A program made the position numbers and the translations under genes. Below are positions 11,642 through 23,843 of a stretch of DNA of 64,000 nt, piece after piece. This stretch comes from Amphiscolops sp. MND2022 (Eukaryota), in assembly GCA_964187785.1 (NCBI GenBank), contig OZ076421.1, forward strand, positions 52,018,001-52,082,000, in the 5' to 3' direction. The notes under the pieces are model-generated. The model ran no database searches. It saw nothing but the letters and a program-made list of their open reading frames with translations, and was not told where the DNA came from. The number at the start of each line of letters is the position of its first letter. The first letter of the stretch is position 1.

Positions 11642-13890
11642 TTCTTCTTCTTCTTCTTCTTCTTCTTCTGTTTTATCTCCTTGCGGATCAGTATCGGTTC
11701 CGTTTGTCTTCTTCAGTCAACTGAGGGTTTTGCATTTGTTCGTTGCTTGGTGTCTTGACATGTTTGTAAGCGCTATCAGGGAATCGCATCTCAGGCAGAC
11801 TCCTTTCTTCGGGACGTATTTTCGAGCTGAAGGCAAGTCTTTCTGTGATGTTTCGAGGCACTTTTTCATGTGGTTCTTCAGTGTGGCTTCTTGTGTGAAA
11901 GTCTTGCCGCATTTCTCGCATTGAGTTTCTTTTTGTTGCGAGTCGTGAAGCCTTTTCCTGTGTATAGCTAGGCCTGCTTTGCTTCTGCACACTTTGTCAC
12001 AATTCTCGCATTGAAGGGTGTTTTCGGTTGGTGTTTTCGTCGATTCCCTTCTGTCTCTGATGATTTCATCGGGTTGGATTACGTGGTTTTGGCCTTGCTG
12101 TCTCTCATATTCTTCGAGGTGTTTTACTCTGTTCCGTACGAGCGCTCTCCACTTGGTTCGATCGGTTATCAGGTGTTCAATATTGTTGGGATCCTCGCCG
12201 GCTTCATTGATAAGTTTGCGCCAGTATGTTATGGTGTTTCTGTGTGGGAGTTTTTTCGTCTTATTCTCTTCTTCTAGTTTGCTGTACCATCCTAGCACTG
12301 CCTGTTTCACCAACCTGTCATCGTTCATTCTCAGAACGTGGCCCATTCTTAGGAGGTGAGCTTTATCTATCTTCGTTCTGAGAGATGTTACATTCAGTTG
12401 TTCTCTGATGTCCGCCATATTTAAGTGTTTCTCTTCCATCTGGCGTAGAGGTTGGCCATTCTTATCGCTCCAGATGTATCTATATCTCTTGTCCATGAAA
12501 GTTTGCATCCTTTTGATCTCTTTCAGCTTGAACGGGCGAACCGATGCATTGAAGAGCATAGTGCTCTCTATGCAGGCTTCCACTACTTTGGCCTGTGTTC
12601 GCTTGGTCAGACGACATTTCAGGAACCTCCTTTTGATGGTAGCCCAGTTCTTTCCCGCCCTTTGGATGCGTTTCGTTGTGTCACTATTGTTCTCCATCCA
12701 CGTTCCAAGCATTCGAATTTCTGTGTTGTTCTTCTCGTCGCCAAAAACCATTTTCTCCTCTTTGTCTAAGTTCGTTTGTTCTTCAAACTCGAGGAGACAT
12801 CTTTCCACTATCCTCTTTCCCTCTTCTACTTCATCGTTGTGACCGATTACTGTTGTATCATCAGCGAAGAGAGAGAGCGTGAAAATTTTTTGGCTTGCAT
12901 CCGAGTTTTGTTGACCTCTGCGTTGTGGAGGAAATCTGTTTCCTGGTAAATACGACCATCTGATCCCGCATTGTTTTCCATTTTCCCTGGCAGCTTCCTC
13001 CCGCTTGCTCTCTGCTATACGAATAGCTGCTTGGTGATATATGTTGAAAAGTGCGGGTGAGGTAGCACACCCTTCCCTCAATCCTCTTTCTGGGTAGAAT
13101 GCTGTACTCACACCCTCCGCACCTTTGACCTTGTAGCTCGTGTGCTCGTGGAGGTCCATTAGTTTGTTTATTATGTTCTGTGGCAGTGAGTATCTTCTCA
13201 GCAGGGCCCAGAGGATCGGCTTGTTTACTCGAGGGTATGCCTTCCTCAGGTCCAGTAAGATGGCTTCTGCGTTGTCCGTGACATTTCTCGACCTTTGATA
13301 CTGTTTGATGTCCTCATTTATTCTGACGAAAATCTGTGTGGCGTCTGCGGTAGAGCGGTCAGCCCTGAAACCTGCCTGGTTCTCATCGAGAAGGCTGAGT
13401 TGCTCGGACCATTCTCGTATTCTCGTGGCAAGGACTCTGGCCAGTATTCTGCTCATAATCGGAAGTAGACAAACTCCTCTATAGTTGTTCATGTCCTTTT
13501 TGTCACCTTTTTTATAGAGGGCAATTATTTGTCCGACTTTCAATGATGCCGGCCACTCTTGAGCTCTATCTTCCCACATGCATTGTATTTTCTGGATGAT
13601 GACTCGTTTGACCTCATCGTCGGCTTGTTTGATGAAGCGAAGTCTTATTCCATCTTCACCTGCCGCCGAGTCTTTCATCTTGTTCATTTCCGCTATTATC
13701 TCGGGCGCCGGTCGGTTCGCCTGTTTTCTTTTTGAAGAGGTGGACTGGTCGGCTAATCCAGCTACCCTCTGTTCCGGAGAGGCTCTTCCAGTTAGTACCT
13801 GGTATGTGCCCCCCAGCCTGAAATTCTTTTTGTCGTCAGAGACGTCCACTAGGCACCATGCGAGGAGGTTGAATTTCATCGCCCAGTCCT
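11642..13890 (-). mobile_element. 5'-truncated RTE-like non-LTR retrotransposon
   Basis: 10-bp TSD GGTACTTCAC (11632-11641 and 13891-13900), (GAA)n 3' tail at 11642-11669, and an RT ORF with no APE domain in this copy. Confidence 0.92.
11717..13890 (-). CDS. LINE reverse transcriptase with C-terminal zinc fingers (5'-truncated ORF)
   Basis: NYRGVCLL, QAGFR, DLRKAY, GLREGC.TSP.LF, LFADD, LG, then CENCDKVCRSKAGLAIHRKRLH and two more Cys/His knuckles. The annotated GTG start lies in the TSD and is artefactual. Confidence 0.92.
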
Positions 13891-13982
13891 GGTACTTCAC
13901 AAGGCGGGAACCACGCTCATCGTCGATTCCACCAAAATAGCAACAAATTTTAACATTTTAACCGTTTTACATTTTAAATTTT

Positions 13983-14421
13983 TTATGTCGACTGCATTTC
14001 ACCGCAAACACAAAAATGAAGATTACAGTTTTTCTCGTTAACTTTTTCCTGGAAACGTGATAGCATGTCTTTCAAATTTTTCAAATCGTTATGACGAACA
14101 CGCATTTCTCGATGTAATTCTTGTTCAAAGTCTCGGCGCGAAAAACGTGATGAAAAATTGCAAACAAAAGCAGCGACTGCCCAGGGCAAACGGTGGGGTT
14201 TTCTCGTGAACTCTGAACCGTCGCCGCAGTTATGTTCCGACAACCGTGTTAACAGCGCGCGCTCAGTTTCTCCTACGTAAAAAGTTTCGGGCGAAGTCGG
14301 GTTCAGACTAATCAAAAGATACACAAAGCCATTAGGAGTGCTTGGGATGTTTTTGTTAAAAGGTACGTAAGATAATTTCGAGATGTTGATTGGCTGAACG
14401 CTGGAATTGCACCTTGAGTTG
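13983..14421 (-). CDS. GIY-YIG nuclease domain, C-terminal part of the transposase
   Basis: GFVYLLISL...FYVGET...TRLSEHN.G.GS.FT...RLPW...DFE (SLX1-like pattern). The frame stays open upstream into the helicase end. Confidence 0.8.
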
Positions 14422-16145
14422 TTTTTAAGATGGATATGATGGCACTTAATGTCACATTTTTGTTACCAACAAAAGTAAGGTTTTTTAATTGTTTGACACG
14501 ACTGACAATTACAAAAACTTGCGACGTCATCCACAAAGCGTAGCTGCTGTCGGTTGCGGAAATGGACGTCGCCAGCTTTTCAAACGTGTCACCCATGAGT
14601 TTGTGCGTTGTCATGGCAACAAGGTTCATGAGCGGTAACTGTACCCCTCGCACTGAGTTCTTCTTGAAAGGCTGAACTAAGCCGGTGTGCTTTGAGAGAG
14701 TCACAGTCCGCCAAGTCAGGTACTCCTCGCGTTCCAACATCCCAGGAGTGATGTCAACTTCCCCACCACTGCTATCTGGGACGTAGATTGTGACCGAGTC
14801 ACCAGTGGGAACCTCGTGAACTACACCAACCTGACCTTGAGACAATTGCTCAGCTTCCAGATTCACTGTGACCCTTACCAAAGCCTTTGAGTAAACAATT
14901 AACTGTTTGAGCTCGTTTACCTTGTCGCTGAGATGGTTACTTACTTGTCGAGAGTCAGTCTCACTCCACACTGAGCTCTTCGAAAGACAGATCTCATCCT
15001 TGGCTTCAAAAATGCGGTAGGATGATCCCGACGCGCGTACTCGCTGAATGTGGCTATCGAATTCTTTCTGTTCAGTTTTCCGTTTGCCAAAAACCCGCAT
15101 TACACAAGGGTCGTCCAAGTCATCCCAGCTGTCCTTGAAGGTGCACTTAGTGTCCAGAATCGCGAGTATTTCAGCGACAGCAGGTTCATTTATGGGACGT
15201 TTCCACATGTGTCGAAGTACAGTTTGACCGTCTGCATCTGTCATTCGAACAAAGTGCGACAAAAAGAACATTGCGAAGTTTGTCAATAGAACAGGACTGA
15301 GGAAGATGTCGTTCCCTTCGATTGACGGCAGCTGCATCTGATCACCACTCGCGATCACTAAAACCCCACCGAAAGGCAAGGTTGACTGCTTCAACTCTTG
15401 AAGTTTGTGGTCCATGGCAGACCACTGTTCAGCACTGATTAGGCTCACTTCTTCCACGAACAGTACTTCCAGGGCCATTAACAGCATCTTCTTGTCATTC
15501 CGGTGGTCCAGTTTCACGAGAGCTTGCTCGGCCATTTTGATCGGTGATCCACAAGAAGAAGGAGGCAAGCAAAACAATTTGTGAATGTGCTCACCGCCAA
15601 AGTGCATCGATCTTCGGGATGCTAAACTAGTTACAAGACAAAACAACCCTTTCGTGAGCGCATAACCCAAAGCCATCGTCAACACATACGTCTTACCTGT
15701 ACCTGGTGGACCCAAAATCAACTGGTGTTTCCTATATTTATGGTCAGAAAACGGATTTTCACAAATTAGTTCTTTCAGTTGTTCTAAAATTATGGTCTGT
15801 TCTTCACGAGACTCTTCAGACTGGAAATTGTTTGGAACAAGTTCACCAGACCAGTCAGATGGTGTTTCTCTGGACACATTTTCAAAAAGGCTGGAATTAG
15901 GAAAATTGGGCCAATTTTTCTGAGTTAAACATTTTATGATGTTTAATTGGGACTGCCGAAGCATCTTTTTAGCCTTATCTTCCAATGCTTCAGTCAAGGT
16001 ATCCATCTTTGTAATGGGCAGCCCTTCATTATAAATGTCATTATCTATTAACATTCCCTTGAATGCTGACTTTGCCGCCAGTAGATTGTTATCAAAAGAA
16101 CGCGTACCGCCTGGTAGGTATCGCAATTGCTCGAGTACATATTTT
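14422..16145 (-). CDS. PIF1-family SF1B helicase domain of the transposase
   Basis: GPPGTGKT, FVEEVS, FGGVLVIASGDQMQLP, VRMTD, QLPL...TTHKLMGDT, FVIVSRV. Confidence 0.9.
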
Positions 16146-18955
16146 TTTCAAAATTTCATTGACATCATTTTCATCGTATACTTGCTTGTCTGGTACAACC
16201 CCGCCCTTCACGTATGCATCCTTCAAAGTTGGCACATCAAAAAGTTCAAATTCAGTTTCGAAAGCAGCGTTGGACAGTAAAAAGTGAATGAGAAAATTAG
16301 CAGGATTGCGAGGATACACTTTTGAAAAAACAACCTCTGCTGGTGTATTTGACAAATTTGGGTCACTGGATACAAAAAGAGACCGTCCCGGATGTGAGGA
16401 AATGTTCAAAACTTCAGAAATTATAACGAAGGCATCGAGCAGTCTACTATCGGTTAAATTTGCCGCTAAAGATTCTTGGACAGCAGCTGAAAATTCGGAA
16501 ACTGCAGAAGGTCTTAAACGAATGGCATAATTTTCACCATCCACCCAAGTTGATTCCCTAACGTCGTTTTTCAAAAATCGTACACTGACAGTCTCCCTTT
16601 TACCGGACAATTTTTCGCGTTTAAACCACCTGAAGTAGGGTCTTAGTTTGTTTACAAAAAGCAATTCAGGAGGACGTAGAGAAAAAACAGTTACTTTGTC
16701 AGTACTAAATGGCGTTTTGTTGACACTTTCTAGAACAATTTTTTGGCTCCTAGTAAAAAGTCGATGACGTGGTAACCTCAAATGATGTTCCCTGATCTCA
16801 CATGGACCTTCGTTGGCCACACCTGGTATATTTGTTCTTGAACAAGTATTATTTTTTCTTTTCAAAATGACACCTCCCCGATTTTCTAAAGCTACTGTTG
16901 GGACTGAAACAAAATCCATGGTTGTTATTACAGTTGGTAGTTGTAACATCCATGACACACATTCTGTACTTGCAATGGTGGTAGAATTTATGATACCTTG
17001 CGTTTTATCCTGCTTCGCTTCTCGAGCAAGGATCTTTCTAACACCGCCTAACTTTTTGTTTTCAATTTTTTGAACCTGCACATTTAAGACATTGTGAGCA
17101 TTTTCTGGATTGATGGCCACATCAGCATGCTCTTCTTTTCCAGCAGCGTACGATGTCAAGTACCTGGATGCGACCGACTTGCAAACCTTTAAAACGTTCA
17201 AACTGGATTTACAAATACTCCAGAGGGCAACCTTCAGCGGTGACATGTGCTCTCCTCTGGTGGCCGCATACATGTATTTACCTGCCATTAGAGTTGTTGT
17301 AACCTGCAAACACCTATCAAAACCAGGCCTCGGTTCAGCCAAATCAATTTCCTGTAATGCTACTACGGCTTCTTCCGAATGTGGCTGGTGGAACTCTTTG
17401 TACCAGGGAACGTTACTTTAATGGATAGGGCGGGAAACGACACTTTCGCTCGCCGTTCAACCTTACTTTTTTAAGACAGTGCCCTTTCTCACAATCATGA
17501 CTTTGAATGCGAATACAATCGTCGAATAACTTACCTGCATGCTTCTCACTATCAACAGTTCCGAAATTCATTTGAAACAATTTTTTAAACTCATGGAGGA
17601 CGTGTTTGTGTGCACATTGAATTTTCTCGATGATGTCCTGTGTTGAATTTTTTAACCAAAAAAGAATATGATAATGTTGCAGGTTGGCTGCTGCACTTTG
17701 AAATTCTGCCCTACCCCAAGTTTTAATAATTTCACCCAAAAGGTGTTCGTCTGAAAACCTTAAGTAGTCAATCAAAAGTTCGATAGTCCTAGTCCAGCAT
17801 CTCACACTGATGACCATGTAAGCCTGGAGTACTTCCTTCAGTTCTTCGGTGGTTGCGCTGCCGTACTGTTCGTAGATTGCGTTAACGACCTCAGCAACAC
17901 CAGGGTGTTCTTTCTGGTTACATGTAAAAGTTACAAAAAGATCCGGTGTTTCAGTGGCACAAGCAGTTCCTAATCGATTTACATGAACGTCGCTGTCGAC
18001 GCTATCCATTTTAAGAACAGACTCTGTTGATGTAAGCTGCTGAGGTCTGTACTTACCAATAGTGATAGTCTGCAGCCCACGTTTGAAAAATTGATTTGTG
18101 TGGCACTTTACAAGTGACAAATTTAAAACACAGTCAAAAGCATACATTATATAGACCAAATTCGAAGAAGTTAAAAGCGTACCATCCTTAAGTCTTAAAC
18201 GCATGTGTTCATGCAAAACATCGAATTCTAATTTGGAGTTTGCATTTTTATCGTCATACAAGAAAAAAGGCAGAGCGCCAGGGAACGAACCGTCTTCTAA
18301 GTGCTTGTAAAAAACGTTTGGGAACAGACACGCTTCAGGTTGCATCAGGGGGATAGAACGACCCGGCAGTGTGTAAACGAAATTTTGGAAAAAGCGTTGG
18401 AATTTTTTGCCTATGTGGGAGGGATATTTTAATCTTTTAAGTAGTTGACATTCACCATTTAAAAGTACATGCATGGGAACGAAATTAGAGTCATTGGACA
18501 AGTAAACGGGCTCACAGCCAGCGTCCGTGGCAAAAGCATCAATTTCTTGGAACCCGGCATCCACAATTAATTGTGGGCAATCAAACTCATCCATGTTGGC
18601 TTCCGGTTCTTGTGGTCCCTGTCGGTCGTCCAGCACGAAGCTCGGACCTGGCAAATTGTTTTCAGTCTGATCTTGTTCTTCAATCAAAAAAGCTTCCTCG
18701 TCACTGCTGTCTTGGATGGTATCGTCGGACGGCGTGTTGTCGACCAAAACCTTATCGTTAGTGTCACAGAACTCGCGGAAATGAGTTTTACAAACGGACG
18801 CTAAACAATTCTTTTCCGGACAACGCCAAGCAGACTTCCTAGTACAGATTTGCTGATCACCGGTGTTTTTAGGCATACTACATTTTCGTTGGCTTTTAAA
18901 ATAATCAGTAGATAGAGGCAGGTTATGTTCATTACAGAAATAAATTCCTTGACCC
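16146..18955 (-). CDS. HUH/Y2 Rep endonuclease region of the transposase (frameshift at about 17418)
   Basis: Motif 1 PDLFVTFTCN, motif 2 AEFQ...LQHYHILFW, QSHDC...CRFP, motif 3 SRYLTSYAAGKEE (YxxxY). Confidence 0.9.
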
Positions 18956-21046
18956 CCGTGTATTTTAAGTATCGCAGCTTAGTTTCTTCAGTCAAGTCTG
19001 TTTTAGAAACGTAAATTAAAAAGTCCCATGTCCTATTATACTGGTATTCCAAAGTTGGATCCTTCACGGCTCGGCTTCCGTCATTCTTTATGGTCCAAAA
19101 ATTGAAAAAAGGATCTCCGTGCCTCAAACTCACCTTACCTTCAGCTGAGATGATAACAATTGAATGTTTTTACCATTAATGGATGTTAAATTAAAAGGAA
19201 TCTGACTATCCCTAGATTGAACATCGGAGGCAACGACTAAAATTAGATCGTTTCGGGCACAGTCAATCCTAACAGTGTCAACATTACCTCTGTGACAGTG
19301 CACGACGTGACAACCTTCTAACAATTCACAAAAAGATACCAAAGGTTCTGCTTGAGGAGGAAACAGTTCAGCGAAGGCACTCTGCAAGCAATTAAATAGT
19401 GATGAAATTGTGTGGTTATATTGAAAACTTTTCTTTCCTTCAAGTCGTTTCAAAATTTTACAAATTTGAGAAATGTGATCATTTTCGTCGCAAAGCTGAC
19501 ACATTTTATACCATAAAGAATCATTGTTTAGAGAAGCATGCGCAAAGACAAAAATGTTATTTTCTTGTGAAACACCTTTGGAGAACACTGATGGTTCAGA
19601 ACCGTATCCATCTAATCTGTGACCGTATACCAAAGGTTTTTTATAGTCATCACGATTTGTAACATCTTCTGGGCAAGTTTCTACATAGTCTTTCATGCGC
19701 ATCAGTGTGTTCATGTTAAAAACAATAGCGTTTTCACAATGCTCTTCGATTAATGACAAAGAAACTGGCAATTCAAACCCCAAGAAAGCTTCAGCTAAAG
19801 TATCACTAATTTCTTGATTTTGACAACAAACCCTAATGATTTCTTTAACATCGCTCCTACAATTTATCAAAAGTTTTTCCATGTTTTGTTGTAAGTAATT
19901 CAAAGGGCATTCGAAATTCCTGAAATTATGTAAAACAGTAGAACTAACTCCACTTATGCGTCCACTGTCAACCCGACACATAGTGAAGGTAGCACTTTTT
20001 GCGCCAATTTTGAGAGGTCTTACAGTTCTGACACTTGAAACCATTAGAGCTAACCTGTCGACGAACTTGGGGCTGATGTTACCTGCCACTGGATTAGTCG
20101 GTACATGCACATAATTAAGTAAAACACCGTTCTTATGGTCCGAACATACAACTAATTGCAAACCTTTTTCTTTGCAAATTACACATGGTGAAACGGGAAA
20201 TTTTTCTAAGAGAGTTAACGTTTTAGTGAAATCATCTCGAGCTCCTTTTAGAAATTTTTTACTGTTTGCATTAAAGCTAGTGAATAATGGAAAAAGGTAA
20301 TTCAAAAAATGGGCAAATGAAATTCCGTTCGATTTTTCGACGAATTCAAAGCATCCTGCAGGGCACCTAATGTTAGGAAAGCAGTGTGTAGTTAAAGCTT
20401 TTACAAGTGTTTTAGCAGTTCTAGTGTTAATCAAATTCCAAAAGTCTTCCTTTTCTGGGGTAATATCCCTGAATACAGAATCTGTAACGGAAGTCGTAAT
20501 TAATGGGTGAACAGTATTCATGTTTCGTTTAAAAGATTCCTTAATTTCATGTGGAAGTAGTTTATAGAGTTTCTCAGCGTTAGAGTTGAACCTATGTGTG
20601 TCAAAAAGTAGAGTATACATAACGCTGGGCCAAGCGTTTGGCCAGTCTTTGTGACGAGTAGTAGTATTGTTGTTGTAAGCAAGACAATGTTGACAGAAAG
20701 TGATTGTATCAGTAGTCATCTCAGTCACACGTTTACCAAACATAGTCGTATGAAGTGAGACACGTTGTAAAGTTTGAAAATCAAGTCTGTAATTGTTTGT
20801 GCTCGTCGGGCAACATTTATCACACATCTGCTCTTCTGACATCTCCACATCATTGGGGGCATCTGGGGGATTGGGGACATTGATCGCTACGACATCTTGT
20901 TCGTTAACATCTTGTTCTAATTCAATTCTCTGACTCTCCTGACATCTTGCACAGACTCCATCCGCTGTTATGAAAGTATTGTGAATCTCACATCTTCGTC
21001 TCCGGTTAGAAATGCTGGTTTTCCGTCTCCCTCTGCCACGAGGCAT
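18956..21046 (-). CDS. Cys/His-rich N-terminal extension of the transposase (frameshift at about 19169)
   Basis: ATG at 21046 with a basic leader, several CxxC/CxxH clusters, and no stops once single-base shifts at 19167-19171 and 18953-18957 are allowed. Confidence 0.65.
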
Positions 21047-22773
21047 TGTGGACTTTTAGCCTCTTTGATAGCCAAGCAATACAAGTTAATGTAGGCAAAG
21101 CAGATCAAAGCAATTCAAATCAAATCTGGAAAAACGCTGATCCTGATAGACATCATCAGAAAAAGTCACCATTTTTGACACATAACAAAGATTGCGTATA
21201 ACTGGAAACACGGTTGCACTTCATTTTCACCTTTGCCAGCATATTTACCGAGGATTACCTGTTTTACCACTACTTTGTGCAGAACACCTAATCACCGACC
21301 ACGCTTTCCGTCGATCGATGATCACCATTTCTACTCAACCCACGAACTTACCAGACGTAACCTGTAACCAAATACTAACTGTTTGCAGAAAAAGAGAACT
21401 CCGACACCTGGAAAAAGAAAAAAAATTAGTTGGAAATAATATGAATTCAAAACCTACCTAAACTTAAAATGTCATAAGTCAACGTCAGGTTCAGCTACAG
21501 AGTCTTATAATAGCTCGTTTTTCTCGTTCACTCGAGCACTTTCCACTAGCATCCACTTGCAATACTAATTGTGTGGAAGTTTTTTACCTTTGGGAGGCCT
21601 GAAAATGAAAAAAAAAGTTTTTGAAATTTTTTCGGAAAAATTCTAAGTCATTTTACTTTTACCCGGGGAATCCTGGAACGCTGAAACTGCGGCAAAAGGG
21701 CCAAATGATTTTTTGGGAGGTAAACCGGCCAGGGGAGGCCTTTAGGAGAGGTCCCGGAAAAAAATCTGGGCAAAAAACGGCAAAGATAGAGTAGGTTCTC
21801 GAAAATTTGCGAAAAAATGCGTCCGAATTCCGGCTATTACTCAGTCAATTTTATTTCGATCTGGACGAAAATTTGTCTACGGACTCCTTACGAAGTGCCC
21901 AGCAAAATGGACGTCCACATGCGAATCGCTCCGGGCACCTGGGGGCGAGATATGGGCTCTTGAAAAAAAATTTCGAAAAAATGCCATTTTTCGACTAAAA
22001 AACTAAGATTTTGACCCACATTCTGCGTTTTCACAGCAAAATGCCAGAAGGGATTAGTTCTTAGAGTTGTTATAGGAAGCCGTATGCAAAATTTCAGCCA
22101 AATCGCGGAGCTGGAGATCGGGGTTAGACTCCCGTTTGTGCCTTACGTTGAGTGTCGTAGGTATCCGACATTTTGGCTCGGGCAAGGGGCCCTACCCTGC
22201 CCTCGAAGTGTTAAGCAAATCGATGGATTATGGCACCTAGACGTGTACGGCTGATAAGAGAGTCAAGAAGGCAGGAAATGTTCAAAAAAGAAAGTTACTC
22301 ACGTGATTGGAGAAGTAGTCGTCAGTCGAGTGTTGGTTGAGAGGTTAATTAGTGGTTAAGGATGTTCAAGAATGTGGAAGTGTTGTCGTTACATTTTCGA
22401 AATTTTAAGAAATAAGGAATTTAGGAAAAAGAAAAGTGGAACCACGCTCATCGTCGATTCCAGCAAATGTGTATCTCCCTCAATGCTACAAATTTCCTAA
22501 CTGATGTAAACCTAAATACCGTATATTAAACTTTAATCAAAATTCATTTTTAAAGAAATCGCTTGGTAAAGTTTAAAAAATTTCAGTTCGCCCAGAAAAA
22601 ATATAATTTCAAATTAATTCTGGTATCAGTTTCACGTTCGGGTAGAAAGTTAACGATTTTCAAAGAAACACAATCGATTTGACAAATTAAGTTCAATTGT
22701 GGAGAGTGGCTGACGGCTCTAAGGGCGACAAGTCACTCAACCGCAACAGCGCTCAGAGAGTTTGTGTTTTCAT

Positions 22774-23843
22774 TCATCCACACTGTGAAGCAGTTTCACC
22801 CTTGTAACACAGGGCAGCTTGTGCATCTGTTATTTGCTCTTAGGCAGCAGGGAGCAAACGTGGAATCGCTTGCTCTCCACGGTTGTGCCGTCATCATCCA
22901 CTGCAGGCTTAAACCAGCCTATTATTCGAAACCACCCCCTGAATTGATAGCCTGTACCATTTTTCGAACACTTTCATCCAACTTGAACCGATCAAGGAGG
23001 TCCGAATCAGGTTTCATTGACTTGACGTTGGCGCTCACGAACACCATTGTTGTGGAATTTGAATAGAGTTCTATTAAGTCTTCGTTTTTAGTTGCCTCCG
23101 TGATTTCTGGACACCTGAATTCAAAAAGCAGAGACCATGTTTTTTTAGGTCAGGCCTCAGTGCACGGACATTGGTCATGATAATTTTGCGTCGCACACGT
23201 TCTCACTGCAGACGTCTTCGGCTATGACGGCTGAGTCCATAGCGAGTTTTTTCGTAACAAAATTAAAGAAACGAAATTCGGTAGAGTTGCCCTCAACGTC
23301 ATAAGGTGGCAGCGTTTTGGCATTGTTTACGGATGTGGTCGGAATCAGAGGTTCCTTTGTACTGATCAAGGCCGTGCCACCACGACTCAGGTTACCCTCC
23401 ATCGTTGGTTTCAAAATCTCCACTTGGCAGCCAGGAGACAAGGCCTCGTGGTACCGGAATAATCTTCTGGTTTCCTCTGAGTTTGCAGAGAATAGTGCCA
23501 GAACCGTTGAGGATCCGGGCACTCCAAAAACCACGAAGCGGTTGTAATTTTCCACTTCAACCTTCCGACTACTGCCAAAATTTTTGCTGGATTTCGTATT
23601 CATTAGTTTTCTCGTAGGCTGGGTTGCATATAGGTAGGTGGCTTTTATTCTATGAAGTCTCGGATTGTTGCTGGTTGAGGACTGCAATTGGTCAACGGAA
23701 ATAGTTTCAAACTCTGGCAACAAGGCCTGCGCTTGGGTCACCCTCAAGTTAGATTTAAAGAAGCCGGGCATTACGGAATCTGGAAAAATGGCAAACCGGT
23801 CTCTTCGAGGTCTTAAAATAACAACCGTGCCGATCTCTGTCAA
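22774..23843 (-). pseudogene. OB/Zn-ribbon-like accessory protein, full length but disrupted
   Basis: 222-aa ORF continues after a frameshift and stop as CPCTEA*PKKTWSL...DRFKL...GWFKPA...KRFHVC, colinear with 35914-36906. Confidence 0.75.

Noticed and set aside
11607-12882. Plus-strand ORFs (including the poly-Ser ORF)
   Set aside because: They are antisense shadows of the LINE ORF and its (GAA)n tail.
14312-14466. Programmed -1 ribosomal frameshift between helicase and GIY-YIG
   Set aside because: There is no canonical slippery heptamer, and the 45-kb copy is net in-frame, pointing to an ancestral fusion plus a deletion.
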